A stretch of DNA of 64,000 nucleotides from Thermodesulfobacteriota bacterium (GTDB lineage Bacteria > Desulfobacterota > QYQD01). Shown here in pieces: positions 29,701 through 38,059 of the stretch (its first letter is position 1; each line of letters begins with the position of its first letter). The notes under the pieces are model-generated. The model saw only the letters and a program-made list of their open reading frames with translations. It had not been told where the DNA came from and searched no databases. The stretch spans positions 66,296 to 130,295 of the forward strand of contig JBFMAZ010000082.1 of the NCBI GenBank assembly GCA_040755415.1, given 5' to 3'. A program made the translations under genes and the position numbers.

Positions 29701-29934
29701 GCGGGTCAGTTCTTCAACGGCCTGATTGATCGCTTCTGCAGGAACTTGTGGATTTAGGGTCTTGAGAGCAGGTAGCAGCTTTCTACGTAGGATAATCTCA
29801 CCACGGTGCTCACGGCCAAGGGTGCCGGTTCCGCCGTATGTCTCGTTGTAGCAGTTAAGCGTATCCCAATCCATTTCCCCAAAAAGGGAGACGGCAGGCT
29901 GCTCTATTAGTTTATCTTCAGACAGATCAAGCAC
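26749..29934 (-). CDS. hsdR: Type I restriction enzyme R subunit.
   Basis: 1061 aa, SF2 helicase motifs including MTDEAHRSQ, N-terminal nuclease region. Last gene of the hsdM-hsdS-DUF3800-hsdR operon. Confidence 0.9.
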   Translation of the reverse strand: MLDLSEDKLIEQPAVSLFGEMDWDTLNCYNETYGGTGTLGREHRGEIILRRKLLPALKTLNPQVPAEAINQAVEELTRDHSAMSPVAANREVYKLLKDGYLVQVQTGKAGEIEDYTIRFIDWDNPNNNDFFLASQFWVTGEVYTRRTDLLGFVNGIPLVFIELKAAHKNLKNAYDDNLADYKTTIPQLFWYNAFIILSNGSQTSIGTITAEWEHFTEWKKINDEGETGRVSLETALRGTCEPARLLDIVENFLLFQEIQGGTIKLIARYHQYLGVHQAIRTVQNHRENRGRLGVFWHTQGSGKSFSMVFFSQKVLRKLPGNWTFVIITDRLELDEQIYKNFASTGAVTEKQARADSGEDLKQLLREDHRYIFTLIQKFHTERGGIYPKLSDRSDVIVMTDEAHRSQYDIFALNMRNALPYAAFIGFTGTPLIVGEEKTREVFGEYVSIYNFRQAIEDNATVPLYYENRIPELQLINENLDQDLARILEEAELNPDQEEKLQREFARDYHLITRDDRLEKIAADIVEHFLGRGFAGKAMVVSIDKATAVRMYDKVQKYWKAYLKKIQNQEYKKDRWEEEDLRRKIRFMQETDMAVVVSQSQNEVRQFEKLGLDILTHRKRMKNEQLDVKFKDSADPLRIVFLCAMWMTGFDAPACSTIYLDKPMRNHTLMQTIARANRVFPGKNNGLIVDYIGVFRNLEKALAIYGSGAGGRIQEGDRPIEFKEKLIEALAKTVEEAKTFCAGQGIKLAEIQSTRAAAFEKLALIEEAVEKLLATPANKDQFRALVNRINTLYKAILPDKAVNRFAADRALLIMLVEAIRRATGEGNGGDEEALDQVRREVEELLDQSIVAEGYVIPAPINSTGHLIDLNQIDFGSIESKILAGRRRIEAERLKNLLEQKLNYMVRLNKSRLDLLERLRKLIEEYNLGAHSTEAFFKKLIEFAKELSEEEQRSMREGLTEEELAIFDILTKPDTKLTAKEMKQVKIAAKDLLETLKREKLVLDWRKQAQNRAQVRVSIEEVLDDKLPDVYDKTMFSEKCHNVYQHIYDNYYGAGRSAYATAA

Positions 29935-30096
29935 TTGTGTGCTCCATCACCAACTGCTGATTAAGTTTCTACAAAATATCTTAAACTTTTCTCAAAAATT
30001 TCTTGATTTTTTCCAAAAAAAGCCGATATTATATTTAACGGACTGGGAATTCTCGGTCGGCAACTGGCCTCGGTGAACACCGGGGCCTTTTGCTTT

Positions 30097-30837
30097 CTAT
30101 GGAAAACACTTAAGCCCCCATCCCTCTTTTTTCCCTTGGGCATTGCAATAAAACTTCTTTTCGATCACCTCATAGGCGCGATTTTCCTGATTCGGATTCA
30201 GAATTGCCCGGCCTATAGGCCGCGCTAATAGATCCGCCAACTGCAGGCCACTGGAATTAATTTTCTTGTCGGCAAAAACAATCTGAAAGGGCAACTCATT
30301 ATGGAGATAGTTACTCCCATTACAAACACGCCGAAACTCCAGTTCCAAAGCGTCATCCTCCCTCCGGCCCCGTTTCTCGACCACCACATGGGTCGTCTTC
30401 GTTTTCTGTCCCTTGCTTTTCAGGAAAAGGAAAGCACGTTCTAGCCCAAATCCCAGGGCGATGTGATACGGATTGGCAGGATCGACATACTTCTTTTTCA
30501 GAGCCCTTTTTCTAATGACCGACGCGATCAATGTGAACGGCGCTTCTGCAATCAACCGCTTGAGGTCTTCCATGAATGGCTCCCTGATCTGCTCATTCAA
30601 CAAAATTGAGAACTCATTCTTTGCCTTCCGTATTTCATACTCGTGGAGAACCACCATATCATGGCCAAAATATTTGAATTTAAACTGCTGCAAGGCCGGT
30701 GTAATTAACTGCGTATAGTCGTTTTTGTGGAAGATGCAAAAGGCCAGAACAAATACAGGATAATTTGGATCGATGGACTCCAGACCGTGATCACCGCTCT
30801 CATCTACATAGATGATGTAGTCGCTATACCCCGGCAT
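30097..30837 (-). CDS. DUF3800-family protein embedded in the Type I R-M operon.
   Basis: N-terminal YIIYVDESGDHGL motif characteristic of DUF3800. 4-nt gap to hsdS. Confidence 0.65.
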   Translation of the reverse strand: MPGYSDYIIYVDESGDHGLESIDPNYPVFVLAFCIFHKNDYTQLITPALQQFKFKYFGHDMVVLHEYEIRKAKNEFSILLNEQIREPFMEDLKRLIAEAPFTLIASVIRKRALKKKYVDPANPYHIALGFGLERAFLFLKSKGQKTKTTHVVVEKRGRREDDALELEFRRVCNGSNYLHNELPFQIVFADKKINSSGLQLADLLARPIGRAILNPNQENRAYEVIEKKFYCNAQGKKEGWGLKCFP

Positions 30838-30840
30838 AGA

Positions 30841-32013
30841 TTAGATGATTCCTTGTCCTGTAGTGCTAATATCCAGCTCTCCAGAGATCAGCTTTGGCAG
30901 CAGCAGGTCACATGTGGCTCGAAGGTTCGCGTTTTTTTGATTGAGCAACCTCAGTGCTGAAAACATTGGGGTCACCACTAACTCGAACTTCTTAAGTGCG
31001 TAGCCCGGCGGCACGATGTAGGGTAACAGGTACGCTTGACTACGGCTCAGACCTGGAACGGCAGCGTCGCCGTTTATGAAGGGTTGATGTTGCAGGCTGA
31101 AATAAACATACAGGAGAGGAAGTTCCGTGACAACATAAAACACTGTGTCAATTGGAACGAAGGCGGTATCCGACCAAAAAACAGAACCAACGTTGCCCTT
31201 CCGGCCTACGATGACGCCAGGCCCTTCAACAAGACGCGCATCATGATAGCCGACTATGCCGCTTGACCCAAAGACCGGGACTTTGCCCTCTCTGCGATCT
31301 GACTTTTTGAGGCCCTTCCCATATTTCAGTTCTACAACGTCGCATAGCCGCTTAACCTCCCACCCCTCCGGTATCGGGCCGAGGGAAGAGTCGATCATTT
31401 TGACCTTTTCGTGGCCGGGGAAACGGAATTTGACAAACCATTCGCGGTAGATGGCCTGGGCCATTTCTTCGAGGATTTTGATGCGCCGGGTGTTGTTTTC
31501 GATGAGGTCGTCGTAGGCGGATATAATTTCTACTATTCGATCCTGGATATCTCTTGGAGGGAGTTTTATCGGATACGAGATGAGTATCTGGGCATTTGCG
31601 TTCGGCTGAGCTGCGCCGCCCACATTTGTCATGATGAATTTCTTGTATAAATCAGATTCGACAACCAAACCGACGTAACGGGAATTTATACCTTCCTTTA
31701 TCTTTAGGCGAACGAGGTAAGAAGCAAAAACCGAGTCCGGTGGATTCCTTATCCATTTGGCATAACCGGTGGTAGCTCCAGTGCGTGCAACGACTATATC
31801 ACCTTCCTCCAATTTATATTTAACTTTCTTCTTTTCGTCGATTTGGCAATGTGGAACAGCACTCCAGTCAATTAGTTGCGGCACTATATCTGTTATGCGC
31901 AAAAACCTTGGGCCTATGTCTTCGTCTTTTGCACTAGCTGTATAGCCGTATTGAACAACGTCGCAAATTTCCCGAAGCGGCAATTCTTTCCAGGTTGCCA
32001 CCATCTCTTCCAT
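30841..32013 (-). CDS. hsdS: Type I R-M specificity subunit.
   Basis: Two target-recognition domains separated by a conserved central repeat; 390 aa. Start overlaps the hsdM stop. Confidence 0.8.
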   Translation of the reverse strand: MEEMVATWKELPLREICDVVQYGYTASAKDEDIGPRFLRITDIVPQLIDWSAVPHCQIDEKKKVKYKLEEGDIVVARTGATTGYAKWIRNPPDSVFASYLVRLKIKEGINSRYVGLVVESDLYKKFIMTNVGGAAQPNANAQILISYPIKLPPRDIQDRIVEIISAYDDLIENNTRRIKILEEMAQAIYREWFVKFRFPGHEKVKMIDSSLGPIPEGWEVKRLCDVVELKYGKGLKKSDRREGKVPVFGSSGIVGYHDARLVEGPGVIVGRKGNVGSVFWSDTAFVPIDTVFYVVTELPLLYVYFSLQHQPFINGDAAVPGLSRSQAYLLPYIVPPGYALKKFELVVTPMFSALRLLNQKNANLRATCDLLLPKLISGELDISTTGQGII

Positions 32014-33608
32014 TATGGTGCGCCCTCCAGAAGCTGTCCGATATTTTGATCGATTCGGTCTTCGAGTTCGCGAGCTTCTATGTTCAATTGTGTTAACTCT
32101 TCGTGTAGCTCTTCTAATCTTTCAGCAAAATCGAAATCTGGTGGCGTTCCTTCTTCGACACCTACATACCGCCCCGGATTGAGGCTCCAGCCTTGCTGTT
32201 CGATTTCTTTGAGCGTGGCGACCTTGCATAGTCCTGCGACATCGGTGTATTTGAGGCCGGGGAATTTTTCTTCCAGCATCTTGCGGCTGTCTTGGTTGAA
32301 TTCGGGCTTTTCTCCACGATAGAGGCGCACGATGCTGCCCAGGAATTCGATCTGTGCCGGGGTGAAGTCGCGGTGGGCGCGGTCGATCTGGTTGTAGATA
32401 TGGCGGGCATCGAGGAAGAGAACCTTGTCCTTGCGCTCTTTTGGCTTGCCCTTGTCAAAGAACCAAAGGGTGCACGGCAGGGTGACGATGTAGAAGAAGT
32501 TGGAGCCAATGGCGACCATCACATCTACTGCACCGCTTTGGATCAGTGCTTTTCGGATTTCCAGCTCAGAGGCGCGGGCATCGGAGGCGGAGTTGGCCAT
32601 GACGAAACCAGCCCGGCCTTTGTCGTTCAGGGCGCTGTAGAATAGCTGAATCCATAGGTAGTTGGCGTTATCCACCCGCAGCATGCCGAAGGGAAATCGC
32701 TTATCGCCCTTGATACGGTCTTTGTCCACGTTGTTCACGTTGAACGGTGGATTGGCCATGACAAAGTCGAACTTGCCGAGGGATTCGTGCAGGTCATCGT
32801 AATAGCTGTTACCTTGGCGAATGTCGCCGGAGAGGCCATGCACGGCGAGGTTCATCTTGCACAGGCGGACGGTATCCAGCGTTTTCTCTTCGCCATAGAT
32901 GCTGATTTCCTCGGAGACGGATTTATGGTGGTTCTGCACAAAGGCGGCGCTTTGCACAAACATGCCGCCCGAGCCGCAAGCCGGGTCGAAGATGCGGCCG
33001 TGGAGCGGCTCGATAATTTCTACGATCAGCTTGACCAGGGCCGTGGGGGTGAAAAACTCGCCGCCCTTCTGCCCCTCCACTCTGGCGAACTTGCCAAGGA
33101 AGTACTCGTAAATCTTGCCGAAGGCATCGCCCTCAATATCCATGGGGATGGAGTTGAAGTTTTTGAGCAGAGAGGCCAGCGCCTGGTTTTGCAGCCGGTG
33201 GTAAGTCTTGGGCAATATGTCCTTGAGCTCTTCGTTTTCCCGCTCGATGGCCTTCATGGCCTCATTGACGTTGGCGCCGAGATTGGCGCCCTCAGGCAAG
33301 TTGAGCAGCGTGGAATAGCGGGCTTCTTCCGGCAGGTACAGTACCCCGCGGGCGTGGTAGTCCACCTTGCCGACACTCCGGCGGCGGCTTGTGCCCTGGC
33401 TCTTTTCCAGCTCGGCTTTGGCGGCGGTGAACTTGACGTCCGCATAGCGGAGAAAGATCAGACCCAGGACGGGCCGGGAATATTCCTGCGAGGTCAGATC
33501 GGAATTGGCCCGTAGCTCATCGGCTGCGGCCCAGAGGCGGGATTCAAGCTCTTGGGAACGAAGCTCGTTATTCTGTAATCTGCCTGTCCGGTTCTGTTCG
33601 TTGGCCAT
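32013..33608 (-). CDS. hsdM: Type I R-M N6-adenine DNA methyltransferase subunit.
   Basis: MANPPFNV (NPPF) catalytic motif, AdoMet-binding [12 protein letters not shown]-terminal HsdM_N region. Confidence 0.9.
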   Translation of the reverse strand: MANEQNRTGRLQNNELRSQELESRLWAAADELRANSDLTSQEYSRPVLGLIFLRYADVKFTAAKAELEKSQGTSRRRSVGKVDYHARGVLYLPEEARYSTLLNLPEGANLGANVNEAMKAIERENEELKDILPKTYHRLQNQALASLLKNFNSIPMDIEGDAFGKIYEYFLGKFARVEGQKGGEFFTPTALVKLIVEIIEPLHGRIFDPACGSGGMFVQSAAFVQNHHKSVSEEISIYGEEKTLDTVRLCKMNLAVHGLSGDIRQGNSYYDDLHESLGKFDFVMANPPFNVNNVDKDRIKGDKRFPFGMLRVDNANYLWIQLFYSALNDKGRAGFVMANSASDARASELEIRKALIQSGAVDVMVAIGSNFFYIVTLPCTLWFFDKGKPKERKDKVLFLDARHIYNQIDRAHRDFTPAQIEFLGSIVRLYRGEKPEFNQDSRKMLEEKFPGLKYTDVAGLCKVATLKEIEQQGWSLNPGRYVGVEEGTPPDFDFAERLEELHEELTQLNIEARELEDRIDQNIGQLLEGAP

Positions 33609-33972
33609 CTACGTTATCTGCTCTTAGAAGGGCGTTTCCCCCCTTGTTTAAAGGCTCCTCATGAGAATCTGTGCCACAAATAGTTCTCTGAATGACAATA
33701 ATATTAGTAGAAACAATGTGTTAGAAACCATTCCCCTAAAAGTAAATGGTGAGGTTGTGACCGACATCTATTTCAACTCCGGATTCGACAGTGCTTTGAT
33801 CTCGACCGGAAAGGCTAATATCAATATTTTTAGCCGTAGAATATAAGTTTCTTACAACGAAAACCGTACTCACAGAACCTTTTTCATGGCCCTCGAAAGG
33901 TAGACCGATGAAAATGTCAGCACAGATTCTTATGAGGAGCCTGTTTAAAAACCTATGTTCCTTTTTGGTTTT

Positions 33973-34099
33973 TCAGGTGAAGCCATTAATCTGCAATGAG
34001 TCGCCCAAAATCATGCAGTTCTACCAGCCCACGTTGTGCTGGTAAAACTGGAGCCGCTCTTTTGAATTCTCTGTCATAGGATCTACGCTTTTTGATCAT
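33973..34099 (-). mobile_element. Remnant of an IS3-family transposase orfA (N-terminal 36 codons only).
   Basis: Minus-strand translation MIKKRRSYDREFKRAAPVLPAQRGLVELHDFGRLIAD* matches the IS3/IS911 OrfA N-terminus (MxKKxRRxFSxEFK). It is truncated and no orfB or terminal inverted repeats follow. Confidence 0.45.
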
Positions 34100-34320
34100 A
34101 AACACACCCCTTGGCTATTATAGCTGGTGTGCTCGGCCTTCCCCGCCCATTGCAGCTGTGGGTCAAGGTGCGGGTCGTAGGCGTAGGTTTTCTTCGCCCC
34201 CGCGTCCGGGTCCGTGTCCGGCGTCACCAGCCCGACGGGCGGGTTGTTCACCCGAACCTTGCCTTTGTGCTCGTAGGACTCAATCGGACGTTTAGGATCG
34301 GCCTTCTTTTTCCTTACCAT
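34096..34320 (-). pseudogene. N-terminal fragment of a Type III-like (Mod-type) adenine-specific DNA methyltransferase.
   Basis: YEHKGKVRVNNPPVGLV...KKTYAYDPHLDPQLQWAGK matches the conserved N-terminus of stand-alone/Type III N6-methyltransferases. Only 74 aa, ending with an ATGA overlap into the IS3 remnant. Confidence 0.45.
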
Positions 34321-34339
34321 AATTCCTGCCTCATCAAAG

Positions 34340-34447
34340 ATAGTTTATTATCCAACTGTGCCCCTTATGGACGGACTTCTCCCGACTGGCTTCTGCCGAG
34401 ATCGCCTGAATCGGTAAGAAGTCTTCTATCAATCTGCGGTCGTTCAT
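34340..34447 (-). pseudogene. 5' fragment of a DUF1156-type DNA methyltransferase gene.
   Basis: MNDRRLIEDFLPIQAISAEASREKSVHKGH matches the DUF1156 N-terminal signature, then breaks off after about 35 codons. Its start overlaps the stop of the HEPN gene (ATGA). Confidence 0.4.
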
Positions 34448-35115
34448 CTTCGCCCCTTCGTTACGATTTGGGAAGATATTGTCGACAATATCTCACCGTA
34501 TAGTTCAAATACCGATCCAAAGGTTGATGCACCAGATGCGGTTGACAATCCCGTTGGTGGAGATGTAAAAAGTAGAGCACCTGGCACGATTAACTTCTGG
34601 GCACCTTTAGCTTTGCGTATCATGTCCTTATATTGCTTGGCAGCATGTTGAGAATAATGTACGCAACGGTTTCGGATTATTCGCATGTTCTTTAAATCAT
34701 TTGCTGCTGAACTCAAGGCAGATTCAAATGGCTCGCCTTCTCTGAAAAACACCCTTGCCCTTTCACGGACTGAGTTGTGGTCTGCCCAATCAGTATATTT
34801 CCGTGATCCTCGAAGAAGGTCATGGACCGTATCCGAGTCCACAACAAGTACTCGATTCCGCTTCCTGAAATCCCCAAGGGTAGCGTCAACGACCAAAACT
34901 TCAAAGGAACTCTCCAGAAATTCTTCCCAAGCTGTAAATAGAATGACAAACGACATTTCGCAAAGTCTTTCCCGTTGAGTTCTGCCCATAGGGACGCTTT
35001 TATTGCCCTGCCTTCTGTGCATATTTGGCAATGACAAAACGAAAGATTCTTGAGCACTACGCACCCGTTCAAAACCGGTCCGAATACGTACAAGCTTTGG
35101 AGATACAGATGCCAT
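34444..35115 (-). CDS. HEPN-domain protein (predicted RNase; Abi/RiboL-PSP-like).
   Basis: IRNRCVHY gives the Rx4-6H HEPN motif; 223 aa. 4 nt downstream of the DUF262 gene. Confidence 0.5.
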   Translation of the reverse strand: MASVSPKLVRIRTGFERVRSAQESFVLSLPNMHRRQGNKSVPMGRTQRERLCEMSFVILFTAWEEFLESSFEVLVVDATLGDFRKRNRVLVVDSDTVHDLLRGSRKYTDWADHNSVRERARVFFREGEPFESALSSAANDLKNMRIIRNRCVHYSQHAAKQYKDMIRKAKGAQKLIVPGALLFTSPPTGLSTASGASTFGSVFELYGEILSTISSQIVTKGRR

Positions 35116-35118
35116 AGC

Positions 35119-36195
35119 CTACTCCTTGCTTGAGAGCGCCTTTTGAATGTATTCCAGAATCATCTTAACTCTTGTGATTCTCTGATCCCGGTCTCCGGTC
35201 GCCTTTTGGCTTGCAGCGATGAATTTCTGGACATCCTTGTCCTTGTCTAGTGAAGAGCTTTTGTACTTTCGACTCAAGTTTATTAATGAATCCTTGATAC
35301 CTTGGAGCATAGTCGGCGAGAGTTGGCGGTGCTGTCCTCCTGTGCTGAAATCAGGAGTATTGGGTATCCCATACATTATATGGTAAAAGGCGCAAAACAA
35401 AGAGTAGAACAGAACTCGTCGCCCAAAGATCGTGTCCCGAAGCGTGTCCCCAAAGCAAGTGGCCAAGGTATCAATGACTGATTTGAATTCCTTCACCACG
35501 CGCTGCTTTTCAGGAAAATCGTCATCTTTACTCTCGTATAATTCGTTGATTTTAGCTCGACGATGCTGAATACCAGTCAACATAACGACAAGAAACTCAG
35601 TTGTCAGTTCGGCCTCGGCCATGCGCATGATTTGTCGATCCAATAAAATGTGATTCTGGCGCCAGAATTCTAAATGGTCATATCCCAAACGGTAGACCGT
35701 CTGCTTGAATTCGCCAAAATATGCGGCGTTCAAAAGTTCTTGGGCAGTGAGCTTCTGTGCGTAAGTGTTCAGCCGCGCGAAGATGTCAAGTACGTCTGAA
35801 TCAGAGACTTCTTCGAGAAGGACAACTGAAAACTCATAGTTCAGAAATCGCTGTTGAGCGTCTTGTGGCAATTGACTGAATTTCTTGCCGCCGAAGGATG
35901 GACTCTGTGATTTCACTACTGGGAACTCGTCTTTTGCATAGGCAATTACTGCCCGAAGACGTTGCTGGCCGTCGACAACTTCGCGAATGGTCTTTCGCTG
36001 CTTTGGATCAACATTTTGCCGCACGAAAATAATCGGAATGGGTAAGCCGCGCAGTATCGTATCGATCAGATGAGATTTTGCTTTTGGCGACCAGACGTCC
36101 CGCCTCTGAAATCTGGGCTGTAAGACAAGCTCTTTTCGCTCGTCCCACGACAAAAAATCATTCACGCTGTAGCCGCGTGGTTTATGGGTGCTCAT
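35119..36195 (-). CDS. DUF262 (ParB-like / GmrSD N-terminal domain) protein.
   Basis: LQPRFQRRDVWSPKAKSHLIDTILRGLPIP and DGQQR motifs are diagnostic of DUF262. 358 aa, with no fused DUF1524/HNH domain. Confidence 0.7.
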   Translation of the reverse strand: MSTHKPRGYSVNDFLSWDERKELVLQPRFQRRDVWSPKAKSHLIDTILRGLPIPIIFVRQNVDPKQRKTIREVVDGQQRLRAVIAYAKDEFPVVKSQSPSFGGKKFSQLPQDAQQRFLNYEFSVVLLEEVSDSDVLDIFARLNTYAQKLTAQELLNAAYFGEFKQTVYRLGYDHLEFWRQNHILLDRQIMRMAEAELTTEFLVVMLTGIQHRRAKINELYESKDDDFPEKQRVVKEFKSVIDTLATCFGDTLRDTIFGRRVLFYSLFCAFYHIMYGIPNTPDFSTGGQHRQLSPTMLQGIKDSLINLSRKYKSSSLDKDKDVQKFIAASQKATGDRDQRITRVKMILEYIQKALSSKE

Positions 36196-36249
36196 GTGTA
36201 TTTCCTCCTTCGGCTATTTCAGTAGTTCTTTGCCGCTCCATCCACCGCC

Positions 36250-36387
36250 TCAGCCGAGATTTCGTAAAACCTCGCAGCCACGATCCCTGCCTGCGCCGTC
36301 TTCCTCGTCACGGCAAGCAGGCATGTTGGCGCTGACCGCCCGGATGGGCAGGAAGTCTTCGATTAATCTGCGGTCTTCACTGCTCAT
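36250..36387 (-). pseudogene. Second 5' fragment of a DUF1156-type methyltransferase gene.
   Basis: [20 protein letters not shown]... then unrelated sequence and a stop. The start overlaps the stop of the upstream 257-aa gene (ATGA). Confidence 0.4.
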
Positions 36388-37157
36388 GCTATAGACTCTT
36401 CTATATACCGTTTGATGCGTTCACGATTGGTGCCCAAGCTGGAAAATTGCTTTTCACAGACGTCGCTGAATCGGGCAAGGACTTTGCGATTAATTTGCTC
36501 CTGGTCCTCAAATATGGCAAGGGAGCGAAAAGTCAAACCCCATCTTTCATGCTGAAGCAGAGTTATCATTGCATCCCTTGTTTTATCATCGTTTGGGAGT
36601 GCCTGAATGTAAAGTGGCTTGGGCATGCCGTTTATCCGGCAATCGATCAGGTACTTTCCTTCTGGATCATGCTGCGGGTCATGCCAGTCAAATTCCCGGC
36701 GGTTTTGCGGGACTGCTTCTTCCATAAACGCCCGGAAATCCTCCATGAAAGTTGAACGCACCCGCTCCCGTGAAAGATAAGTAACATCGGTAATCCTAAG
36801 CAGTGCCTGAACAAAGCTGTACAGGGCATCACCATAACGATCATCCCGAATTGGGATAATAATCTCTCCTTCTCGGTCCTGGACACTGAACACAGACAGT
36901 GTACTTGTAATAATTTTCTGTCTTGTGCCCCGCTGCAAATCCTTCTCATCAAGGTCATAGGTCAGGTGCATATAGGTGTGGCCTTCGTCTGAGAGTACCC
37001 AGCCACCATTTTCTCTTTTCAAGACAATCGAGAGATGGTCGCCGTCCTCGAACATGAAAGGAGTGAAAACCCGATAGCGATCTACTCCCTCAGACGTAAG
37101 CCTTAGTTTCTGGCATACTTTCTCCCGGAAATCCTGTTCAATGGTGTCTATAGTCAT
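36384..37157 (-). CDS. Hypothetical protein (possibly DUF1828/DUF1829-like), 257 aa.
   Basis: Clean ORF, translationally coupled to a methyltransferase 5' fragment. The family assignment is tentative. Confidence 0.4.
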   Translation of the reverse strand: MTIDTIEQDFREKVCQKLRLTSEGVDRYRVFTPFMFEDGDHLSIVLKRENGGWVLSDEGHTYMHLTYDLDEKDLQRGTRQKIITSTLSVFSVQDREGEIIIPIRDDRYGDALYSFVQALLRITDVTYLSRERVRSTFMEDFRAFMEEAVPQNRREFDWHDPQHDPEGKYLIDCRINGMPKPLYIQALPNDDKTRDAMITLLQHERWGLTFRSLAIFEDQEQINRKVLARFSDVCEKQFSSLGTNRERIKRYIEESIA

Positions 37158-37642
37158 GTCTTAAATCTCCTCAAAGAGTTTCCCTTGTGGATCATAAGGC
37201 ATCTCAAATCCGCAGTCTTTAAACATGCACGAAATAGCTTGTTGAAAGTCGGCAAATCTATCCGTGGGTTCAGCGTAGGTATCTTCCCTTGCCCCAACCT
37301 CTTGATACCGTTCTGTAGCCCGATGAATGTGAAAATCGTAAAAAGTTTCGCTTTCAATATGGTTGGTATGCTCATGACTTTTACCATTATAACGCCGTAA
37401 ACGAAAGAGTTGGCTTGACTTTGGAGGTCTATAAGCAAGGATAACCGAAAAGTCTAAGGAATTGAAAAGGCTCTGTCGAAGAATAAGGCGAAATTCACTT
37501 CCGGCAGCACCTCGAATATCCAGCTCGCGTTCCTTATGTCCCCTTTAGGACGGACAGGCATTTTTGCACGGTAGTCGGCTGGTAGGGGCTTACTCTCCTT
37601 CAGTAAGCGATCGATATCTTGATCGGATAAAATGTCACCCAT
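37157..37642 (-). pseudogene. Frameshifted hypothetical gene of about 165 aa across two frames.
   Basis: MGDILSDQ... (62 aa, GGGGAGG RBS) stops at 37454. An uninterrupted +2 frame then continues (...PPKSSQLFRLRRYNGKSHEHTNHIE...DPQGKLFEEI*) to 37160. The shift lies at about 37440-37470. Confidence 0.35.
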
Positions 37643-37660
37643 GTATTAGCCCAACCTCCC

Positions 37661-37849
37661 CTAGCCCATTTTAACAATAGCCTCGGCAGGAATCTCATAG
37701 AATCTTGCTTGTACGATTTCCCGCTTCACGTGGTCGAGTCTGGCCATGGGATTGTGGATGCGGACTATCTCCGGCGAATCCCACAAGAGGCCACTGATCA
37801 TATCCTGTTTGTCCAGTTTATGTCCAGTTATTAGTTGGGTGCGTTTCAT
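37661..37849 (-). CDS. Small hypothetical protein (62 aa) upstream of, and in an operon with, the frameshifted gene.
   Basis: Its stop lies inside the RBS of the next ORF. Confidence 0.3.
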   Translation of the reverse strand: MKRTQLITGHKLDKQDMISGLLWDSPEIVRIHNPMARLDHVKREIVQARFYEIPAEAIVKMG

Positions 37850-37883
37850 GTCTTGTTTGTGTCTGGTTTCAATCGGTATGGGC

Positions 37884-37950
37884 CATTGAGGCGTATATGA
37901 GGCGTTTGTGATGTGTTTATATTCATGAGTCCTTTGTGATGCGTTTCCTC
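37884..37950. repeat. Relic copy of the 3' end of the AlbA_2-family gene (direct repeat of 40668-40757, about 85% identical).
   Basis: Contains TTTGTGATGCGTTT iterations and flanking TATGAGG/CCTCATA inverted repeats. On the minus strand it still encodes ...YTFMRKRITKDS*, homologous to the C-terminus of the 40705..42177 protein. Confidence 0.6.
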
Positions 37951-38059
37951 ATGAAAGTATATTCGGAAGTTGCTCCTTCAGGAAATAATAGGTGGCGCGT
38001 CGCGCCGCGTTTTTCTACCACTCGGTTGGTGTCCCGGCCCTCTTTGTCAAACAGGGCGT

